Assembly: GCA_965204745.1 (NCBI GenBank)
Contig: OZ242010.1
Span: 4,256,001-4,320,000, forward strand
Reading direction: 5' to 3'
DNA: 64,000 nucleotides
DNA from: Candidatus Latescibacterota bacterium
GTDB lineage: Bacteria; Latescibacterota; UBA2968
This document shows positions 1-11,265 of this stretch, in pieces. Position numbers and translations under genes: made by a program. The number at the start of each line of letters is the position of its first letter. The first letter of the stretch is position 1. The notes beneath the pieces are model-generated. The model saw only the letters and a list, made by a program, of their open reading frames with translations, was not told the DNA's origin and did no database searches.

Positions 1-1369
<1,369 letters not shown>

Positions 1370-2555
1370 GGCGTTGTTGCATAAATAGCAATTTCCTGCA
1401 AGTTGGGATAGCAAAAAGACAGGCTCCTTCGTAGATTGGGCATATAGATCACCAAACACCACTCACCCTTTCTCACCAGGAACCTGTCATGCCCAAGATA
1501 ACCGCTTCCCTGACCGCTGTCAAGTCCCCGCGTCGCCCGCGTCGCCCGCGCTGTGCGCCTGTCTATCGGGTCCGGAACTGGGCGGCCTACGAGGCCGGTC
1601 TCAAGCAGCGGGGCAGTCTGACGTTTTGGATTACGCCGCAAGCTCTTCGGGGGTGGTACCATCAAGGGCCAACGCAACGGGGGAGGCAAAACACCTTTTC
1701 AGATTTGGCTATTCAAACGGCGTTGATGGTGCGCTTGGTCTCTGCCTTGCCCCTGCGTCAAACCGAGGGGTTTCTCACGTCCATCCTGGCGTTGATGGGG
1801 GTGGCTTTGCGCGTGCCCGATCATACGACCCTCTGCCGGCGACAGGGCGATTTGAATGTGGATTTACCTGTCCAATCCCATCATGCGCCGATCCACTTAG
1901 TGGTGGATTCCACCGGCCTGAAAGTGTATGGCGAAGGCGAATGGAAGGTGCGTCAACACGGCTTTTGCAAGCACCGGACTTGGCGCAAATTGCACATCGG
2001 CGTCGATGAGGCCACCGGCGAGCTTGTCGCACAGACCCTGACTTCGGCAAGCGTTGATGACGCTTCGCAGGTCAACCCCTTGCTCGATCAAGTCCTGGCC
2101 CCTGTCCATACGATGGGTGCAGATGGCGGCTATGACAAACGCAAGGTCTTCAACACATGCGCCGCCCCCAAACAAGGAGCACCCATCCGACCTCTGATTC
2201 CCCCGCGCCATGACGCGAAAATTGAACAACACGGAAACAGGAAGGGCCCTCCCTTGGCCCGCGATGAAATCATCCGAGCCATCCGGCGTCAAGGCCGCCG
2301 ACAGTGGAAACGCACCCGTGGCTATCATCGTCGCTCGGTCGTTGAAACCCAACTATGCCGCTACAAACAACGCATTGGGCGGCAGTTGCGTGCGCGAAAT
2401 CAGGAGAACCAAGAAACGGAAGCGCGGTTGGGATGTGCGGTGCTCAATCGCATGATGAGGATCGCGAAACCCGTGTCCTATCCCAGAGAAAGAGGGGCTT
2501 AAATCTCGCGGGAAAGGGACGAACTTTGCCACGACAACATTTATGCAACAACGCC
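1370..2555 (+). mobile_element. IS5-family (IS903 group) insertion sequence, copy 1, apparently intact
   Basis: Perfect 17-bp terminal inverted repeats GGCGTTGTTGCATAAAT (1370-1386) and ATTTATGCAACAACGCC (2539-2555), similar to IS903 ends; contains a DDE transposase. Confidence 0.95.
1489..2502 (+). CDS. IS5/IS903-group DDE transposase
   Basis: Motifs YRVRNWAAYEAGLKQRGSLTFW, LPLRQTEGF, PDHTTLCRR, VDSTGLKVYGEGEW, WRKLHIGVD, ADGGYD and GYHRRSVVET. Confidence 0.96.
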   Translation: MPKITASLTAVKSPRRPRRPRCAPVYRVRNWAAYEAGLKQRGSLTFWITPQALRGWYHQGPTQRGRQNTFSDLAIQTALMVRLVSALPLRQTEGFLTSILALMGVALRVPDHTTLCRRQGDLNVDLPVQSHHAPIHLVVDSTGLKVYGEGEWKVRQHGFCKHRTWRKLHIGVDEATGELVAQTLTSASVDDASQVNPLLDQVLAPVHTMGADGGYDKRKVFNTCAAPKQGAPIRPLIPPRHDAKIEQHGNRKGPPLARDEIIRAIRRQGRRQWKRTRGYHRRSVVETQLCRYKQRIGRQLRARNQENQETEARLGCAVLNRMMRIAKPVSYPRERGA

Positions 2556-2632
2556 ACTGACTACTGACTACTGACTACTGACTACTGACTACTGACTACT
2601 GACTACTGACTACTGACTACTGACTACTGACT
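2556..2632 (+). repeat. Heptamer tandem repeat (ACTGACT)x11
   Basis: Read directly, immediately right of IS copy 1. Confidence 0.95.
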
Positions 2633-2640
2633 ACTCTCGT

Positions 2641-2669
2641 TTGACCTCAAATGAAGGGCGTATTATTCT
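2641..2669 (+). promoter_or_regulatory. Putative sigma70 promoter of the enolase-superfamily gene
   Basis: TTGACC-N17-TATTCT upstream of AGGAGG and ATG 2709. Confidence 0.45.
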
Positions 2670-2708
2670 CATGCCGCGACTATGTATCACCACAGGAGGG
2701 AATGGGCG

Positions 2709-3740
2709 ATGATCATCACACAACTCCGCGCAGTGCAACCCCATGCGAACCGGGCGCCGCAGGGATGGCGCGGCACACTCGGACAAATTCTCGTGCGGGT
2801 CGATACAGACGATGGCCTGTGCGGATACGGCGTTGGCGGGGGCGGTGCGGCCGGCATTCACGTCGTCGAGACCGCGTTGCGCGAAGTGCTCATCGGCGCG
2901 AATGCCGAAGATGTCGAGGGCTTGTGGGACGCGATGTATCGCCACACCGCGGCGTATGGGTACAAGGGCATTGCGATGATGGCGCAAAGCGGCGTGGACT
3001 TGGCATTGTGGGATCTGCGGGGCAAGCGCACGAACGAGCCCCTCGTGGAAGTGCTCGGCGGCGCGCCCAAAGCCGTGCCCTCGTATCGCACGGGCGCGCG
3101 GCGCGGCCTTGAGGAAGCCCTCGCGCAGGGGTACAAGGCCGTCAAGTTCGGCATTGGCGCGATGGACCCCCACGCGGAATTGGACGCCATCGCCGAGTTG
3201 TTTGCCGACATTCGAGCGGTGGCAGGGCCGGAGATTCAAGTGATGTGCGATGCGTCTATGGGGTGGGATGTGGAAGGCGCGTTGCGCGCTGCGGAGCGGT
3301 TGGTCGAGTTCGACTTGGCGTGGTTGGAAGAACCGCTTTTGCCCGAGGAGTTTGCGGGCTATGAACGGCTGATGCGCGAAAGCCCCATCCCCATTGCCAG
3401 CGGCGAGCACGAATACACGGCGCGGGGGTTTGAAGCCCTGATGCAACGGGGCTTGCACGCGATTTATCAACCCGATGTGTGTTGGTGCGGCGGCTTGACC
3501 GAGTTGGTCAAAATTTACGACTTGGCAAAACGCTACAATGTATCGGTCTGCCCCCACCGAGGCGGCGAAGTGTGGGCACTGCACGCGATTGTCGCGCTCG
3601 ATCCCGATCCCTTAGCGGAAAGCGGCCGCCCGTGGATGACATGGGTGCAAAATCAACCCCGCGTCACAACTGGCAACATCGCCCCCAATGATGCGCCGGG
3701 CTTCGGCGTTTCATTTGCCGATGACCTGTGGGCGCGATAA
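2709..3740 (+). CDS. Mandelate racemase/muconate lactonizing enzyme family protein (enolase superfamily)
   Basis: SGVDLALWDLRGK, KAVK, MCDAS, WLEEP, ASGE, QPD..WCGGLTE and CPH. Start moved to ATG 2709, behind AGGAGG. Confidence 0.92.
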   Translation: MIITQLRAVQPHANRAPQGWRGTLGQILVRVDTDDGLCGYGVGGGGAAGIHVVETALREVLIGANAEDVEGLWDAMYRHTAAYGYKGIAMMAQSGVDLALWDLRGKRTNEPLVEVLGGAPKAVPSYRTGARRGLEEALAQGYKAVKFGIGAMDPHAELDAIAELFADIRAVAGPEIQVMCDASMGWDVEGALRAAERLVEFDLAWLEEPLLPEEFAGYERLMRESPIPIASGEHEYTARGFEALMQRGLHAIYQPDVCWCGGLTELVKIYDLAKRYNVSVCPHRGGEVWALHAIVALDPDPLAESGRPWMTWVQNQPRVTTGNIAPNDAPGFGVSFADDLWAR

Positions 3741-3768
3741 CCCTATCCACCCGTGTAAAGGCGGTTTG

Positions 3769-3797
3769 TTGACGCTCTTTTGAATTTCGGCTATATT
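3769..3797 (+). promoter_or_regulatory. Putative sigma70 promoter of hicB
   Basis: TTGACG-N17-TATATT, then AGGAGG before ATG 3828. Confidence 0.55.
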
Positions 3798-3827
3798 GCA
3801 CAACGGAAATGGCGTTAGGAGGTCAAG

Positions 3828-4031
3828 ATGAAATTGAAAATTTTGATTTATGAAGCCGAAGAAGGTGGGTACTGGGCAGAAGTGCCGGCTTTGCGGGGAT
3901 GTGTCTCGGAGGGCGAAACACTGGACGAGACCTTGATGAACATTAAAGAAGCCGCATTGGGTTGGCTGGAAACAGCGTCTGAAAGGCATCAACCCATTGA
4001 AAAAGCACGCCTCGCAGAGAAGAGATATTAA
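3828..4031 (+). CDS. hicB: HicB-family (UPF0150) antitoxin
   Basis: EEGGYWAEVPALRGCVSEGETLDETLMNIKEAALGWLE matches the short HicB signature; strong RBS. Confidence 0.88.
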   Translation: MKLKILIYEAEEGGYWAEVPALRGCVSEGETLDETLMNIKEAALGWLETASERHQPIEKARLAEKRY

Positions 4032-4546
4032 CAGTGCCAGTACACGGAAATAGGGATCTCAAAAAAGGAACGCTTGGAAAATGATTAGGTTCTGTTGACA
4101 TTTACGAGCAAAGCAACTGGCTTGATCGGTTTATCGAGAAAATCAAGCCCTATCGCAGAATATGCTCTCGGTTTGAGAAACTGGAATAGTCTCTCCTTAT
4201 CGGGACCTACCCCCCTAACCCCCCTTCCTGCGAGGAAGGGGGGAACTGTGAGCGGTTTTGCGAGGGGATTGATGAGGGTTTAATCGCTTTATGCCCTCGC
4301 GCAATGCCATCAGAGCAACCAGAGCGAGAAGACATCAAAGGGACTTTACTCCCCTTTCCTCGTAGGAAAGGGGCCGGGGGATAGGTCCCCTCGTGCAACG
4401 CCATCAGAGCAACCAGAGCGAGAAGACATCAAAGGACCAAACGCCTTAAATGAGCAAGAAGCAACACAGTTGCTACCTCTGTGCGTAACGTGAAAAAAAT
4501 GAAATGTCAACACGACCTAAAAGATTCGAGATTGAATTTAGGCTGA
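4022..4546 (+). pseudogene. hicA: HicA toxin remnant (5' part deleted, internal stop, split by a MITE)
   Basis: The frame from 4022 reads EILTVPVHGNRDLKKGTLGK*. With MITE 4088-4517 and one TA removed it continues LKDSRLNLG*, matching the HicA C-terminus (TVPVH..DLKKGTL..ILKD.GL). Confidence 0.75.
4088..4517. mobile_element. MITE derived from an IS5-family element, carrying REP-like palindromes
   Basis: Imperfect 16-bp TIRs GGTTCTGTTGACATTT and AAATGTCAACACGACC, with TA on both sides. Contains the transposase C-terminal relic YEQSNWLDRFIEKIKPYRRICSRFEKL and CCCCTTCCT..AGGAAGGGG hairpins. Confidence 0.85.
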
Positions 4547-4621
4547 TTCATTCCCTGCTGAAATGCTTTTATTTTTTGTGACGATGCAAGGCGTGACCAC
4601 TTCTTGCGCTGATCGAACAAT

Positions 4622-4660
4622 AAAAACCCCGGTATCATCTTTCGATGACGCCGGGGTTTT
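4622..4660 (-). terminator. Rho-independent terminator downstream of trxA (possibly bidirectional)
   Basis: AAAAACCCCGG...CCGGGGTTTT hairpin. Confidence 0.75.
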
Positions 4661-4684
4661 GTGTTGTGAATGGGTCTGGTTGCA

Positions 4685-5011
4685 TCAGGCGAGGACCGCT
4701 TTGAGCTTGTCTTCTATCGCGCTTTTGGGCACCGCGCCGATGAGTTGATCCGCTTGTTTGCCATCCTTAAAAATGAGCAAGGTGGGGATGCTGCGAATGC
4801 CGAACCCCCCTGCGGTCTGTTGCGCGTGATCCACATCCACTTTGCAAACCTTCACGCGGCCTTCGTATTCTCGAGCGAGTTCTTCGATGCTCGGCGCGAC
4901 CATCCGGCACGGGCCGCACCAAGTCGCCCAAAAATCCACCAGCACTGGAATGTCTGAATCGACGACCTCTGACTGGAAATTTTCATCTGTAATATTCAAT
5001 GGACTGCCCAC
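4685..5011 (-). CDS. trxA: Thioredoxin
   Basis: VLVDFWATWCGPC active site, IRSIPT, 108 aa. Confidence 0.96.
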   Translation of the reverse strand: MGSPLNITDENFQSEVVDSDIPVLVDFWATWCGPCRMVAPSIEELAREYEGRVKVCKVDVDHAQQTAGGFGIRSIPTLLIFKDGKQADQLIGAVPKSAIEDKLKAVLA

Positions 5012-5080
5012 TTTGAAACTCCTTTCGAATTGGGGTTGGTGTGCGAGGGTGTGTTAAACTACCAAGTTTGTATCGGATTG

Positions 5081-6094
5081 TCAAGGGGATGCGCGGCAAA
5101 TGCGGTACGCGAGGTGGGCGAGAATTTCGTGCGGTGGGCCGCCGCTGGATTTGAGGCGATTGTCCGCGTCGAGCAAGATCTCGTGGGCCTGCCAGAGGGT
5201 TTGATCGTCAAAATTGCGGACCTGATCCAGATAGTTCTGGGCGAAAAACGCGGGCACTTTGAGACGCGACGCCATCGCACTTCTAGACAGCCGTTGACCC
5301 GATACCCAGTGCGCGCGCCGCAAAATCCCAAAGTGACGCACGAGCAGGGCGACCGTGCCGGCCGGGTGTTCCCCCTGTTCGCGCAACCGCCCAATGATGG
5401 CCTGCGCCTTGCCCAACTGCCGGTGCCCGAGTGCGTCTGCGAGTTCAAACACCGTGACTCCGCGCGTGTTGTCGATCACCTCTGCGACGTGTTCCCGCGT
5501 GATGGACTTGTCGGCCGTGGCGACGAGGAGCTTTTCGATTTCGCTGTTCAACTCGCGCAGATTTGACCCGATGCTCATGTGGAGCAAATGCGCTGCTGCC
5601 GGCGCGATCTGCCTGCCCAGGGTTTTGACGTGCGTCTGGATCCATCCCGGGATTTTATTGTCATAAGGCGGGCGAAACTCGATGGCAACCGCGCGTTTTC
5701 TCAGTTCTGAAAACAGTTTTTTGCGCCCATCGGGTTTGGTCGCCGTGACGATAAACGCCGTCGTTTCGGGAGGCGATGCGAGGAGGGGCACGAGTTCGGG
5801 AGTCGCTGAATCGAGCAAGCGATCCGCGTTTTTGAGCACGACCACGCGGCGCGGCGCCATCATGGGAAAGGTGAGAGCCTGCGAAATGACCTGCGAAATC
5901 TCGGCCTCTTCGGCCCGATAAATGTCGAGGTTGAACGTGCGAGCTTCGGGTTCGACCAAGGCGTCAATAAGCCCGTCGACGAGTTGATCGCGCTGGAAGT
6001 CTTCCCGTCCATAAAAATAATACAGCGGCGCGACCGTGCCCTTTTTGACCGCGTCGAGCACCTGAGCGGGCGATATTTTGCGCGAGCGTTGCAT
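5081..6094 (-). CDS. holA: DNA polymerase III delta subunit
   Basis: PLYYFYGREDF, TFPMMAPRRVVVLKN, DGRKKLF, ELNSEIEKL, VFELADAL and DADNRLKSS; ATG 6094 preferred. Confidence 0.9.
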   Translation of the reverse strand: MQRSRKISPAQVLDAVKKGTVAPLYYFYGREDFQRDQLVDGLIDALVEPEARTFNLDIYRAEEAEISQVISQALTFPMMAPRRVVVLKNADRLLDSATPELVPLLASPPETTAFIVTATKPDGRKKLFSELRKRAVAIEFRPPYDNKIPGWIQTHVKTLGRQIAPAAAHLLHMSIGSNLRELNSEIEKLLVATADKSITREHVAEVIDNTRGVTVFELADALGHRQLGKAQAIIGRLREQGEHPAGTVALLVRHFGILRRAHWVSGQRLSRSAMASRLKVPAFFAQNYLDQVRNFDDQTLWQAHEILLDADNRLKSSGGPPHEILAHLAYRICRASP

Positions 6095-6233
6095 GAAGTT
6101 GTCCAATGAGTTTGCGAATCTACGGAATGGAGTACATAGCGATTGGGTGGTTGGGCGGCCTCTCCCGTCTTGCCTCTCCCGTCTTACCCGTAGCTAGGGG
6201 TTGGGCGAAGACTGACCACTGACCACCGCCGAT

Positions 6234-6419
6234 CTAAAGGTCTTTGAAATCCGCGTCTTGAATCTGCGACTCGTCAATGTCGCGCAAGGGTTCTTTCTTT
6301 TTGGCCTCTCGCGCAAAGGGCCGCATCAACATCGCGCGAACCAACCGCCCCACAAATCGCAACAAGAGAATGACGAGCAAGGCGATGAGAAAGATGCGAA
6401 GCAACATAAATATCTCCAT
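6234..6419 (-). CDS. Small single-TM hypothetical protein
   Basis: Hydrophobic N-terminus and acidic C-terminus IQDADFKDL; co-oriented upstream of holA. Confidence 0.7.
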   Translation of the reverse strand: MEIFMLLRIFLIALLVILLLRFVGRLVRAMLMRPFAREAKKKEPLRDIDESQIQDADFKDL

Positions 6420-6430
6420 GCCTTAACGGT

Positions 6431-6709
6431 TTAAGTGATATCCGTTTCAACCAAATGTTTGTAGTACGCTCCTTTGGACATCGTGCAGGTCGCAATTTGA
6501 TGGTATTGAGTTTTTGAAACATGTAGTTGCATGCGAATTGCTTTCAGCAGGCCCTCGCCAATATCTCGGTTGCCGCGGCTGACATAAGTCGTCACACACA
6601 ATCTGCCGGTAGCTGCGTCTTCGAGTACCCATCGCTCGTGCTTTGTACCTTTGCGTTTCACAAAATTGAGTTTTCTGAGAACCTTTCTGCGGTGTTCGTT
6701 AAAATTCAT
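6431..6709 (-). CDS. Putative HicA-like toxin
   Basis: 92 aa, basic; RKGTKH resembles the HicA G-x-H motif; VSRGNRDIGEGLLKAIRMQL; overlaps the upstream ORF. Confidence 0.6.
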   Translation of the reverse strand: MNFNEHRRKVLRKLNFVKRKGTKHERWVLEDAATGRLCVTTYVSRGNRDIGEGLLKAIRMQLHVSKTQYHQIATCTMSKGAYYKHLVETDIT

Positions 6710-7082
6710 GGCGAAAAACTTTCTCCAAAAAACTGCGGCGATTTTTCATATACGGCGTGATATTGTCTCCATATTCCCGAATCGTCTGGAGTTCATCACT
6801 GGCGTTTGTCATAAGATTGTGCAACGACGCCATCCAGTTGTCATTGCTACCGGCAATGATACTGTGATCAGCCTCAAAATACGCGGCCCACGAACCGTCA
6901 CCAAACCCTTCGAGCACGATGGGCCACTGCCCAGAGGGCAAGGGCAACTTGAATTGCAAACAAAAAAGCGGGTCATCGGAGGATGGATCTTCTCGCGTTG
7001 CCTCCGTAGAGTTGAACGTCAAGAGATCATCCGTGAGGACGACATGACCTGTTACAGGACTGTGCAAAGGTTTGAGATCCAT
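6699..7082 (-). CDS. Hypothetical acidic protein, putative cognate antitoxin (HicB-like)
   Basis: 127 aa, acidic; overlaps the toxin-like ORF by 11 bp; both are AT-richer than their neighbours. Confidence 0.5.
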   Translation of the reverse strand: MDLKPLHSPVTGHVVLTDDLLTFNSTEATREDPSSDDPLFCLQFKLPLPSGQWPIVLEGFGDGSWAAYFEADHSIIAGSNDNWMASLHNLMTNASDELQTIREYGDNITPYMKNRRSFLEKVFRHEF

Positions 7083-7100
7083 CTCATTTCCTTTCCAAAA

Positions 7101-10100
7101 TCAATCCGCGGCACTGTGGCGATAGGCGGTGTCGCGGGTTGTCGATTCGATCTCCGGCGTGCCAAACCACCGCCAGATCAGGCTGATCAACACCGCACGA
7201 TGACCAGTGTGAGGGCCGTGGCAAATGCGAGCCCAAAGATGACGGCCACGCCCATTGGCCCCCACCACTGGCTGCTGCGCCCCCCAATTTCCCACGAAAA
7301 GGTAAAAAAGTCAAAACTAATGCCGGTGGCAAGGGGCAACAACCCGAGAATGGTGGTCATGGCCGTGAGAATGACGGGGCGAAATCGGACGACGCCTGCG
7401 CGTATGATTGCGTCTCGCGCCGAAAGCCCGCGCTGGCGCAACTGCGCGGTATAGTCGATCAAAACAATCGCGTTGTTGACCACCACGCCCGCAAGGCTGA
7501 TCACGCCAATGCCCGTCATGAGAATCCCAAAAGGCGTTCGCGTGACGATCAGGCCAATCAGCACGCCGATCAAAGACAAGACGACGGACGTGAGAATGGC
7601 AAAGGGCAGGGTCAGGGAATTGAATTGCGTAATCAAAATCAGCGCGATGCCGGCCAAGGCCACGAGAAAGGCTTTGGACAGGAAGGCGATGGCTTTTTGC
7701 TGTTCTTCATTTTCACCCGCATAGCTGATTTGGTAGCCCGGTGGCAAGGGAAAATCGGACAGGGCAGCCTGTACGTCGCGCATCGCCGCATCCGAGGTGC
7801 GGTCTTGAACTTTGCCTTCGATGGCGATCACGCGCTTGAGGTCTTTGCGCCGAATGCTACCAAATCCCCCGCCTGTCTCGATGCGCGCAACCGCGCTGAT
7901 GGGCGTGATTTTGCCGTCTTTTTCGATGGTGATGCGCGCGAGGTCCGCAAGGGTATTGCGCTCGTCCGGCTCGAAGCGCACCCGGATGTCGTATTCGTCT
8001 TCGCCCAGCCGATATTCAGAGGCGTCTGTGCCGTAGATGGCCGAGCGCACCGTAGAGGCGATCAAGCGCGTATTGAGGCCCGTCAGCGCCGCGGCTTCGC
8101 GGTCGACGACGATGCGGATTTCGGGGCGCCCGCGGTCGTAATCGTCTTTGAGATCGACGATGCCGGGCACGTCGGCCACCAGGCGTTTGATGCGCGCGGC
8201 CAATTCGCCCAAAACCTCGAAGTTTTCGCCGGAGACCTCGACGCTGATGGGCGCGCCCACCGGAGGGCCGGCGCGTTCTTTGGTCAACTCGATTTCAGCG
8301 CCGGTCAGGTCTCGGAGTTTGCCGCGGATTTCCTCGATAGTCTCAAAAGAGGATTGCCGGCGCAGGCTTTCGTCGACGAAGTCGATGGAAATGCGACTGG
8401 CGTGGGAAACGCCTTCGCCGCCGGCAAAACCACCTCCACCCGCCACCCCCACGTTGGCGACGTAAGTTTCAACATCGGGCATATCGGCGAGAATGGATTC
8501 GATCTGGCGCGCCAACCCATCCGATGTTTCGAGATTTGTGCCCGACGGGGCGCGCACGTCAATATAGGCGGTATTGGGTTCGATCTCGGGGAAAAATTCG
8601 ATGCCTCGGCCCAAAAAGATGTACGCCACGACCACGAGCATGAGGGCGGTTGTCGCCCCCAACAGGGTTCGCACCGGGAAATGAAGTGCGGTTTCGAGGC
8701 CATGCCGATAGGCGTTGAGCACGCGCTGCTGCGCGGGTTTTTCGACCGGGGCGCGCACGGTCATAAAAGACGCGCAAAAGGTGGGGTTGATAACGAGGCC
8801 CACCAAAAGAGATGAAAACAGGGTGATGATCAAGGTGATGGGCAAATATTTCATAAACTCGCCCATGATTCCGGGCCAGACGATCATGGGGGCAAACGCG
8901 CACAAGGTCGTCAGCGTTGAGGTCACCACGGGCCAAGCGACTTCGCCCGTGCCTTCCAAGGCGCCCCGGAGATGGGATTGGCCTTCTTGCCGGTGGCGGT
9001 AGATATTTTCCACGATGACTATGGCATTGTCCACGAGCATGCCCAAGGCGAGGATCAGGCTAAACAAAACGATCATGTTGAGGGTCATGCCCATCAGTGA
9101 AATCGCGACAAAAGAGATGAGCATGGAAAGGGGAATGGCGATGCCGACAAAAAAGGCATTGCGAACCCCCAAAAAGAAAAAGAGCACCAAAATGACGAGG
9201 ATCAAGCCGGAGACGATATTGTTTTCGAGGTCTTTGACCATCATGCGAATGTCTTCGGATTGATCGCCCAAAATGGTGACCCGCGTGCCCGCGGGCAAGG
9301 TGGGGATCAAGTCGTCGAGCAGGGTTTTGATGTGATCGGCGATGGCGATCAAATTTTCGCCGCTGCGCTTGACGATTTCGAGGCTCACGCTGGGTTTCTG
9401 GTTGAGGCGGGCGAAAGTTGCGCGCTCCTTAAACCCATAGACGACCTCGGCCACATCGCGGATATAGACCGCGCGGCCCTGCCGCGCTTTGATGAGCAGG
9501 TCGCCGATTTGGGAAACGGATTCGAGTTCGCCGGGCACGCGCACGGCGTATTTGTACGCGCCCATAGCCACGCTGCCGCCGGGCAGGGTCAAATTTTCGC
9601 GCCGAATGGCGTCGATCACGTCTTGGATGGCGAGTTTGTACGCGCTGAGGCGGTCGGGGTCCACATCGACTTGGACTTCGCGTTCGAGCCCGCCTGCTAC
9701 GCGCACTTCGAGGATGCCGGGGATGGTCTCAATTTGGTCCGCGAGGTCTTCGGCGATTTTTTTCAGGCGAACGAGGCCGTAATCCCCCGACAATGCGACC
9801 AGCATCATCGGAATATTGGAAAAGTTGATTTCAAAAACAGCGGGATCGTCTGCGTCATCGGGGAGGTCTGGCTTGGCCAAATCGACCTTGTCTTTGACGC
9901 GCTGAAACGCGTCGTCGAGATCGACCTTGGGATGAAATTCGACCGTGATCGACGAGGCGCCCTCGACCGAACTCGAGCGGATCACCTTGACGTTTTCAAT
10001 GCCTTGAAGCTCTTTTTCCAAGGGGCGAGTGACGAGGTTTTCGACATCCTGCGGCGAGGCGCCGATGTACGGCGTGGTGACGATGATAACCGGAATGGCG

Positions 10101-10219
10101 ATATCGGGCGACGCCTCGCGGGGCAGGGACAAATACGCCGAAGTGCCCGCGATGATCAAGATGCCGACAAAAACGTACACGGTCATGCGGTGTTTGAGCG
10201 CGTATGCGGTGATGGTCAT
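7101..10219 (-). CDS. RND efflux permease (AcrB/AcrD/AcrF family) with a 1-bp frameshift near the 3' end
   Basis: GMLVDNAIVIVENI, GVVVNNAIVLID, RFRPVILT. The track ORF stops at 7187 (VIVRC*); one extra C restores VIVPVLISLIWRW...SAAD* ending at 7101. Confidence 0.93.
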
Positions 10220-11265
10220 TTGCTCTGTTCCCGGTATTTGACGATCACGTGGTCGCCATCGATGAGGTCTCGCCCCCCTTTGACGACGAGTTGATCCCCG
10301 AAGGACAAGCCCCGTTGGACGACCACGCGGTCGGCTTCTGCCGCGCCTAGCTCGAGGGGTCGTAGCCGTGCGGTATTGCCGTCAACGACAAAGGCCACGG
10401 GCCCGGTTTCGCGTTCGAGAACGGCTTCTCGGGGGATGACGATGACCTCTCGGTAGATGCGCCGCACGGCTTTGAGCGTGCCGATCATGCCGGGGCGGAT
10501 GCGGCCCGTTGGGTTGGGCAGGTGGACTTCGATGGGAAAAACCCGTTGCGCCGGTTCTGCGGCGGGGCCAACCTGCGCGATAGCACCTGCAAATGTCTCG
10601 CGTGGAAGCGCGTCCAAACCAAGGGTGACGCGGCTGCCTTTGCCAAAATCGACGATTTCGCTCTCGGCCACCCAGGCGGCAACGCGCAGGCTATCGGTTT
10701 GCACCAGCCGAAATGCGGCCCCGCCCTGCGCGATTCGTTGCCCCTGCGCGATGTACCGCTTGGCTATCTGCCCGGAAAAAGGCGCGCGAACACGCCCATA
10801 AGCGATGCGATGCGCGAGGGTTTGCGCCGCTGATTTGGCGCGGTGAAAATCGTATTCTGCGGCAAAATGCGCCCGTTCGGAAATCGACCCCTCCGAGAAG
10901 AGTTTTAGACTGCGGTCGTAATTGTAGGTCTGAAATTTGAGATTGGCCTCGGCTTCGATAAACGCGGCTTCCAAAAGCTCTAAATCGAGTTGTGCGAGCA
11001 CATCGCCGCGTGTGACCCCATCCCCCACCTCTTTGTGAATGGCGATGACCACGCCCGATTCGAGGACGCTGAGGGTCACGTCGCGCCAGGCATTTACCGT
11101 AGCCGAGAGGCGGCTGTATTGGACGAGCGAATCGGGTTTGATCGCCAAGGTCGAGACATTGGTGGCGCGCTCGACGATCCCATTCCTTTGCGCGGCAGAG
11201 TCCTCGCCACAACCCACATGGATCAATAGCAACAGGCAGGGGATCAAAAACTTGTGCGACGTCAT
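10216..11265 (-). CDS. RND periplasmic adaptor (MFP), probable lipoprotein
   Basis: Lipobox-like HVGC; VRAPFSG, IRPGM, IVIPREAV; 4-bp overlaps with both neighbours. Confidence 0.92.
   Translation of the reverse strand: MTSHKFLIPCLLLLIHVGCGEDSAAQRNGIVERATNVSTLAIKPDSLVQYSRLSATVNAWRDVTLSVLESGVVIAIHKEVGDGVTRGDVLAQLDLELLEAAFIEAEANLKFQTYNYDRSLKLFSEGSISERAHFAAEYDFHRAKSAAQTLAHRIAYGRVRAPFSGQIAKRYIAQGQRIAQGGAAFRLVQTDSLRVAAWVAESEIVDFGKGSRVTLGLDALPRETFAGAIAQVGPAAEPAQRVFPIEVHLPNPTGRIRPGMIGTLKAVRRIYREVIVIPREAVLERETGPVAFVVDGNTARLRPLELGAAEADRVVVQRGLSFGDQLVVKGGRDLIDGDHVIVKYREQSK

Noticed and set aside
4095-4404. Short ORFs inside MITE copies (also 17391-17717 and 35045-35266)
   Set aside because: Translations of palindromic repeats (TYPPAPFLRGKG) and transposase relics, not functional genes.
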